From positions 1-32,608 of the forward strand of contig NEEC01000364.1 of the NCBI GenBank assembly GCA_002189035.1: 32,608 bases of DNA. The letters are read 5' to 3'. Shown piece after piece: positions 26,001 to 32,608 of this stretch; within the stretch, counting starts at the first letter, position 1; every line of letters begins with the position of its first letter. Origin of the DNA: Utricularia gibba (lineage: Eukaryota > Plantae > Magnoliophyta). Both the position numbers and the translations under genes were made by a program. A model generated the notes under the pieces. That model did no database searches and had not been told where the DNA came from. It saw only the letters and a program-made list of their open reading frames with translations.

Positions 26001-27729
26001 TTATCGTTCGTTTTTCGGGGGCTGCCTACATGGTTTTCAAGGAACCGCTTCTCGTTTTGTGGCGGCCAGTCTCGCTGGGAACTTGGTCCTTGACCCCGAT
26101 TCTGTATGGCTCATGAGGTCAACTGGATGCAAATCGATTAAAAAAAATGATGCATTTGTTTAAATTATGATGTCACGTGCACCCCACATGATTTTTTCAA
26201 CAACTTACTTTATACTTGAGCAGGCGGTCTTTGGGTGCACCTGGAACGGGACAAAGGTAAGTTTGGCTTGCACCGAGAGTTAGTTGTAGTCCGGCAAATA
26301 AAGTGATGTATTTATTATCGTTCGTTTTCGGGGGCTGCCTACATGGTTTTTCAAGGAACCGCTTCTCGTTTTGTGGCGGCCAGTCTCGCTGGGAACTTGG
26401 TCCTTGACCCCGATTCTGTATGGCTCATGAGGTCAACTGGATGCAAATCGATTAAAAAAAATGATGCATTTGTTTAAATTATGATGTCACGTGCACCCCA
26501 CATGATTTTTTCAACAACTTACTTTATACTTGAGCAGGCGGTCTTTGGGTGCACTGGAACGGGACAAAGGTAAGTTTGGCTTGCACCGAGAGTTAGTTGT
26601 AGTCCGGCAAATAAAGTGATGTATTTATTATCGTTCGGTTTTTCGGGGGCTGCCTACATGGTTTTTCAAGGAACCGCTTCTCGTTTTGTGGCGGCCAGTC
26701 TCGCTGGGAACTTGGTCCTTGACCCGATTCTGTATGGCTCATGAGGTCAACTGGATGCAAATCGATTAAAAAAAATGATGCATTTGTTTAAATTATGATG
26801 TCACGTGCACCCCACATGATTTTTTCAACAACTTACTTTATACTTGAGCAGGCGGTCTTTGGGTGCACCTGGAACGGGACAAAGGTAAGTTTGGCTTGCA
26901 CCGAGAGTTAGTTGTAGTCCGGCAAATAAAGTGATGTATTTATTATCGTTCGGTTTTTCGGGGGCTGCCTACATGGTTTTTCAAGGAACCGCTTCTCGTT
27001 TTGTGGCGGCCAGTCTCGCTGGGAACTTGGTCCTTGACCCGATTCTGTATGGCTCATGAGGTCAACTGGATGCAAATCGATTAAAAAAATGATGCATTTG
27101 TTTAAATTATGATGTCACGTGCACCCCACATGATTTTTTCAACAACTTACTTTATACTTGAGCAGGCGGTCTTTGGGTGCACTGGAACGGGACAAAGGTA
27201 AGTTTGGCTTGCACCGAGAGTTAGTTGTAGTCCGAAATAAAGTGATGTATTTATTATCGTTCGGTTTTTCGGGGGCTGCCTACATGGTTTTTCAAGGAAC
27301 CGCTTCTCGTTTTGTGGCGGCCAGTCTCGCTGGGAACTTGGTCCTTGACCCGATTCTGTATGGCTCATGAGGTCAACTGGATGCAAATCGATTAAAAAAA
27401 ATGATGCATTTGTTTAAATTATGATGTCACGTGCACCCCACATGATTTTTTCAACAACTTACTTTATACTTGAGCAGGCGGTCTTTGGGTGCACCTGGAA
27501 CGGGACAAAGGTAATGTTTGGCTTGCACCGAGAGTTAGTTGTAGTCCGGCAAATAAAGTGATGTATTTATTATCGTTCGTTTTTTCGGGGGCTGCTACAT
27601 GGTTTTTCAAGGAACCGCTTCTCGTTTTGTGGCGGCCAGTCTCGCTGGGAACTTGGTCCTTGACCCCATTCTGTATGGCTCATGAGGTCAACTGGATGCA
27701 AATCGATAAAAAAAATGATGCATTTGTTT

Positions 27730-28030
27730 AAATTACGATGTCAAGTGCACCCCACATGATTTTTTAACAACTTACTTTATACTTGAGGAGGCGGTCTTGG
27801 GGGGCACTTGGAACGGAAAAAGATCAGCTTAGGCTTGGCCCAAGTAAGTTGTAGCCCGGCAAAGAAAGTGATGTATTTATTATCGTTCGGTTTTCGGGTT
27901 GCCTACATGGTTTTTCAAGGAACCTTCTCGTTTTGTGGCGGCCAGTCTCGCTGGAACTTGGTCCCCCCGATTCTGTATGGCTCATGAGGTCAACTGGATG
28001 CAAATCAATAAAAAAATGATGCATTTGTTT
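27730..28030 (+). repeat. B-like monomer (M90): B-type left part, A-type right part
   Basis: GTCAAGTG, GATCAGCTTAGG and AAAGAAAG on the left; TTCTGTATGG and GAGGTCAACTGG on the right. Confidence 0.75.
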
Positions 28031-29246
28031 AAATTATGATGTCACGTGCACCCCACATGATTTTTTCAACAACTTACTTTATACTTGAGCAGACTGGAAA
28101 CAAAGGGTTTGGCTTGCACGAGAGTTAGTTGTAGTCCGGCAAAAGTGATGTATTTATTATCGTTCGGTTTTCGGGGCTGCCTACATGGTTTTTCAAGGAA
28201 CCGCTTCTCGTTTTGTGGCGGCCAGTGCTGGGAACTTGGTCATTCTGTATGGCTCATGAGGTCAACTGGATGCAAATCGATTAAAAAAATGATGCATTTG
28301 TTTAAATTACGATGTCACGTGCACCCCACATGATTTTTTCAACAACTTACTTTATACTTGAGCAGGCGGTCTTTGGGTGCACCTGGAACGGGACAAAGGT
28401 AAGGTTTGGCTTGCACGAGAGTTAGTTGTAGTCCGGCAAATAAAGTGATGTATTTATTATCGTTCGGTTTCGGGGGCTGCCTACATGGTTTTTCAAGGAA
28501 CCGCTTCTCGTTTTGTGGCGGCCAGTCTCGCTGGGAACTTGGTCCTTGACCCCGATTCTGTATGGCTCATGAGGTCAACTGGATGCAAATCGATTAAAAA
28601 AAAATGATGCATTTGTTTAAATTATGATGTCACGTGCACCCCACATGATTTTTTCAACAACTTACTTTATACTTGAGCAGGCGGTCTTTGGGTGCACCTG
28701 GAACGGGACAAAGGTAAGGTTTGGCTTGCACCGAGAGTTAGTTGTAGTCCGGCAAATAAAGTGATGTATTTATTATCGTTCGGTTTTCGGGGGCTGCCTA
28801 CATGGTTTTTCAAGGAACCGCTTCTCGTTTTGTGGCGGCCAGTCTCGCTGGGAACTTGGTCCTTGACCCCGATTCTGTATGGCTCATGAGGTCAACTGGA
28901 TGCAAATCGATTAAAAAAAATGATGCATTTGTTTAAATTATGATGTCACGTGCACCCCACATGATTTTTTCAACAACTTACTTTATACTTGAGCAGGCGG
29001 TCTTTGGGTGCACCTGGAACGGGACAAAGGTAATGTTTGGCTTGCACGAGAGTTAGTTGTAGTCCGGCAAATAAAGTGATGTATTTATTATCGTTCGTTT
29101 TTCGGGGCTGCCTACATGGTTTTTCAAGGAACCGCTTCTCGTTTTGTGGCGGCCAGTCTCGCTGGGAACTTGGTCCTTGACCCCATTCTGTATGGCTCAT
29201 GAGGTCAACTGGATGCAAATCGATAAAAAAAATGATGCATTTGTTT

Positions 29247-29556
29247 AAATTACGATGTCAAGTGCACCCCACATGATTTTTTTAACAACATACTTTATAC
29301 ATGAGGAGGCGGTCTTGGGGGGCACTTGGAACCGGAAAAAAGATCAGCTTAGGCTTGGCCCAAAGTAAGTTGTAGCCCGGCAAAGAAAGTGATGTATTTA
29401 TTAACGTTCGGTTTTCGGTGTTGCCTACATGGTTTTTCAAGGAACAGCTTCTCGTTTTGTGGCGGCCAGTGCTAGGAACTTGGTCCGGGCCCCGATTCTT
29501 TATGGCTCATGAGGACAAAAGGATACAAATCAATGAATACAATGATGCATTTGTTT
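29247..29556 (+). repeat. Divergent B-type monomer (M95)
   Basis: Full diagnostic set plus GTCAAGTG. Confidence 0.9.
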
Positions 29557-30187
29557 AAATTACGATATCACGTGCACCCCACATGATTTTTTCAACAACT
29601 TACTTTATACTTGAGCAGGCGGTCTTTGGGTGCACCTGGAACGGGACAAAGGTAAGGTTTGGCTTGCACCGAGAGTTAGTTGTAGTCCGGCAAATAAAGT
29701 GATGTATTTATTATCGTTCGGTTTTCGGGGGCTGCCTACATGGTTTTTCAAGGAACCGCTTCTCGTTTTGTGGCGGCCAGTCTCGCTGGGAACTTGGTCC
29801 TTGACCCCGATTCTGTATGGCTCATGAGGTCAACTGGATGCAAATCGATTAAAAAAAATGATGCATTTGTTTAAATTATGATGTCACGTGCACCCCACAT
29901 GATTTTTTCAACAACTTACTTTATACTTGAGCAGGCGGTCTTTGGGTGCACCTGGAACGGGACAAAGGTAAGGTTTGGCTTGCACGAGAGTTAGTTGTAG
30001 TCCGGCAAATAAAGTGATGTATTTATTATCGTTCGGTTTTCGGGGGCTGCCTACATGGTTTTTCAAGGAACCGCTTCTCGTTTTGTGGCGGCCAGTCTCG
30101 CTGGGAACTTGGTCCTTGACCCCGATTCTGTATGGCTCATGAGGTCAACTGGATGCAAATCGATTAAAAAAAATGATGCATTTGTTT

Positions 30188-30502
30188 AAATTATGATGTC
30201 ACGTGCACCCCACATGATTTTTTCAACAACTTACTTTATACTTGAGCAGGCGGTCTTTGGGTGCACCTGGAACGGGACAAAGGTAAGTTTGGCTTGCACC
30301 GAGAGTTAGTTGTAGTCCGGCAAATAAAGTGATGTATTTATTATCGTTCGGTTTTCGGGGGCTGCCTACATGGTTTTTCAAGGAACCGCTTCTCGTTTTG
30401 TGGCGGCCAGTCTCGCTGGGAACTTGGTCCTTGACCCCGATTCTGTATGGCTCATGAGGTCAACTGGATGCAAATCGATTAAAAAAAATGATGCATTTGT
30501 TT
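30188..30502 (+). repeat. Reference major-type (A) monomer, 315 bp
   Basis: This copy matches the majority sequence. Hand count gives 141/315 G+C (about 45%) and 14 CpG. It contains 2x GTGCAC, CACGTG, TCATGA, ATCGAT, ATGCAT, and TTTAAA across the junction. Confidence 0.95.
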
Positions 30503-32385
30503 AAATTATGATGTCACGTGCACCCCACATGATTTTTTCAACAACTTACTTTATACTTGAGCAGGCGGTCTTTGGGTGCACCTGGAACGGGACAAAGGTA
30601 AGTTTGGCTTGCACCGAGAGTTAGTTGTAGTCCGGCAAATAAAGTGATGTATTTATTATCGTTCGTTTTTCGGGGCTGCCTACATGGTTTTTCAAGGAAC
30701 CGCTTCTCGTTTTGTGGCGGCCAGTCTCGCTGGGAACTTGGTCCTTGACCCCGATTCTGTATGGCTCATGAGGTCAACTGGATGCAAATCGATTAAAAAA
30801 AAATGATGCATTTGTTTAAATTATGATGTCACGTGCACCCCACATGATTTTTTCAACAACTTACTTTATACTTGAGCAGGCGGTCTTTGGGTGCACCTGG
30901 AACGGGACAAAGGTAAGTTTGGCTTGCACGAGAGTTAGTTGTAGTCCGGCAAATAAAGTGATGTATTTATTATCGTTCGTTTTCGGGGGCTGCCTACATG
31001 GTTTTTCAAGGAACCGCTTCTCGTTTTGTGGCGGCCAGTCTCGCTGGGAACTTGGTCCTTGACCCCGATTCTGTATGGCTCATGAGGTCAACTGGATGCA
31101 AATCGATTAAAAAAATGATGCATTTGTTTAAATTATGATGTCACGTGCACCCCACATGATTTTTTCAACAACTTACTTTATACTTGAGCAGGCGGTCTTT
31201 GGGTGCACCTGGAACGGGACAAAGGTAAGTTTGGCTTGCACCGAGAGTTAGTTGTAGTCCGGCAAATAAAGTGATGTATTATTATCGTTCGGTTTTCGGG
31301 GGCTGCCTACATGGTTTTTCAAGGAACCGCTTCTCGTTTTGTGGCGGCCAGTCTCGCTGGGAACTTGGTCCTTGACCCCGATTCTGTATGGCTCATGAGG
31401 TCAACTGGATGCAAATCGATTAAAAAAAATGATGCATTTGTTTAAATTATGATGTCACGTGCACCCACATGATTTTTTCAACAACTTACTTTATACTTGA
31501 GCAGGCGGTCTTTGGGTGCACCTGGAACGGGACAAAGGTAAGGTTTGGCTTGCACCGAGAGTTAGTTGTAGTCCGGCAAATAAAGTGATGTATTTATTAT
31601 CGTTCGGTTTTCGGGGGCTGCCTACATGGTTTTTCAAGGAACCGCTTCTCGTTTTGTGGCGGCCAGTCTCGCTGGGAACTTGGTCCTTGACCCCGATTCT
31701 GTATGGCTCATGAGGTCAACTGGATGCAAATCGATTAAAAAAAATGATGCATTTGTTTAAATTATGATGTCACGTGCACCCCACATGATTTTTTCAACAC
31801 TTACTTTATACTTGAGCAGGCGGTCTTTGGGTGCACCTGGAACGGGACAAAGGTAAGTTTGGCTTGCACCGAGAGTTAGTTGTAGTCCGGCAAATAAAGT
31901 GATGTATTTATTATCGTTCGGTTTTCGGGGGCTGCCTACATGGTTTTTCAAGGAACCGCTTCTCGTTTTGTGGCGGCCAGTCTCGCTGGGAACTTGGTCC
32001 TTGACCCGATTCTGTATGGCTCATGAGGTCAACTGGATGCAAATCGATTAAAAAAAATGATGCATTTGTTTAAATTATGATGTCACGTGCACCCCACATG
32101 ATTTTTTCAACAACTTACTTTATACTTGAGCAGGCGGTCTTTGGGTGCACCTGGAACGGGACAAAGGTAATGTTTGGCTTGCACCGAGAGTTAGTTGTAG
32201 TCCGGCAAATAAAGTGATGTATTTATTATCGTTCGTTTTTCGGGGGCTGCCTACATGGTTTTCAAGGAACCGCTTCTCGTTTTGTGGCGGCCAGTCTCGC
32301 TGGGAACTTGGTCCTTGACCCCATTCTGTATGGCTCATGAGGTCAACTGGATGCAAATCGAATAAAAAAAATGATGCATTTGTTT

Positions 32386-32608
32386 AAATTACGATGTCAA
32401 GTGCACCCCACATGATTTTTTAACAACTACTTTATACTGAGGAGGCGGTCTTGGGGGGCACTTGGAACCGGAAAAAAGATCAGCTTAGGCTTTGGCCCAA
32501 AGTAAGTTGTAGCCCGGCAAAGAAAGTGATGTATTTATTAACGTTCGGTTTTCGGGTTGCCTACATGGTTTTTCAAGGAACCGCTTCTCGTTTTGTGGCG
32601 GCCAGTCT
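32386..32608 (+). repeat. Divergent B-type monomer (M105), truncated by the window end
   Basis: GTCAAGTG, GAGGAGG, GATCAGCTTAGG, AAAGAAAG, TAACGTT. Confidence 0.85.

Larger units (their letters stand above)
1..32608. repeat. Tandem satellite DNA array: about 315-bp monomer, 104 complete copies plus partial copies at both ends, single orientation, no unique insertions
   Basis: The same motif series (AAATTATGATGTCACGTGCACCCC...GGAACGGGACAAAGGTAA...GAAGGAACC-like TCAAGGAACCGCTTCTCG...CTCATGAGGTCAACTGGATGCAAATCGAT-A8-TGATGCATTTGTTT) recurs throughout. Monomer starts were counted by hand at 176, 489, 806, 1116 ... 32072, 32386; (32386-176)/104 is about 310 bp. The array runs off both window ends. 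Confidence 0.99.

Noticed and set aside
30260-30277. CENP-B-box-like TGGAACGGGA
   Set aside because: It resembles only the 3-prime half of CTTCGTTGGAAACGGGA. The essential TTCG and the A of NTTCGNNNNANNCGGGN are missing, and TTCGGTTTTCGGG elsewhere has the wrong spacing.
30279-30289. Splice-donor match AAAG|GTAAGT suggesting a spliced-leader RNA gene array
   Set aside because: There is no recognisable SL exon and no downstream Sm site (RAU4-6GR). The site is also variable (GTAATG, GTAAGG, GATCAG in B).
30188-30502. 5S rDNA or tRNA tandem array (GGATGC, GCCTAC, and minus-strand AGACCGCCTG and TGTAGGC resemble bits of 5S rRNA)
   Set aside because: The fragments are 6-10 nt, non-colinear and on both strands. 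There is no 120-nt 5S alignment, internal control region or tRNA B-box/cloverleaf.
30188-30502. Helically phased A/T tracts implying intrinsic curvature
   Set aside because: Only three T-tracts (about 22 bp apart) look phased, which is insufficient without a curvature calculation.
181-32356. All ORFs in the six-frame track (60-102 aa, recurring MHPVDLMSHTES..., MHLERDKGK..., MIFSTTYF...)
   Set aside because: They are translations of the same repeat in frames that shift with homopolymer indels. They occur on both strands, never exceed about one monomer, and resemble no protein family I recognise.
3287-32386. One global higher-order repeat period (12 or 24 monomers) across the whole window
   Set aside because: The periods hold only locally; B positions at M22, M69, M90, M95 and M105 do not fit a single register.
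1-32608. CRISPR array
   Set aside because: There is no short repeat with unique spacers; the entire 315 bp is repeated, and no cas genes are present.
1-32608. Rolling-circle concatemer of one roughly 315-nt circle (viroid-like RNA, eccDNA or amplification artefact)
   Set aside because: A single template gives unlinked random errors, not recurring 40-site B haplotypes with ordered neighbours. No hammerhead core was found: CTCATGAG is not CUGAUGA, and there is no suitably placed GAAAC on either strand.
1-32608. Naming the satellite family from monomer length (e.g. other roughly 313-315 bp plant satellites such as the Silene KpnI/X43.1 family)
   Set aside because: Length alone is not evidence, the monomer has no KpnI site, and I cannot verify sequence identity without a search.

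Overview
The whole 32,608-bp window is one uninterrupted head-to-tail tandem array (satellite DNA), all in one orientation. The consensus monomer is about 315 bp and about 45% GC; a clean copy is at 30188-30502. Counting from the junction motif TTT|AAATTA(T/C)GA, I find 104 complete monomers (M1 starts at 176, M104 ends at 32385; mean about 310 bp) plus partial units at both ends. There is no supportable gene, RNA gene, transposon or CRISPR array, and the ORF track is just the same repeat read in shifting frames. The structure worth noting is internal. (1) The 315-mer is a diverged dimer of about 156+159 bp units. (2) A variant monomer (B), about 13% diverged, recurs 14 times, usually with characteristic neighbours (P-B-Q cassette). 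(3) There are local 4-mer and 12-mer higher-order periodicities and a repeated 10-monomer block. (4) Some monomers are A/B mosaics. (5) Sequence variants are regionally partitioned along the array. Much of the fine variation is homopolymer deletion, typical of error-prone long-read consensus, so small differences and mosaics need read-level confirmation. I see no evidence for a new protein-coding system, and the organism and family cannot be established from this sequence alone.
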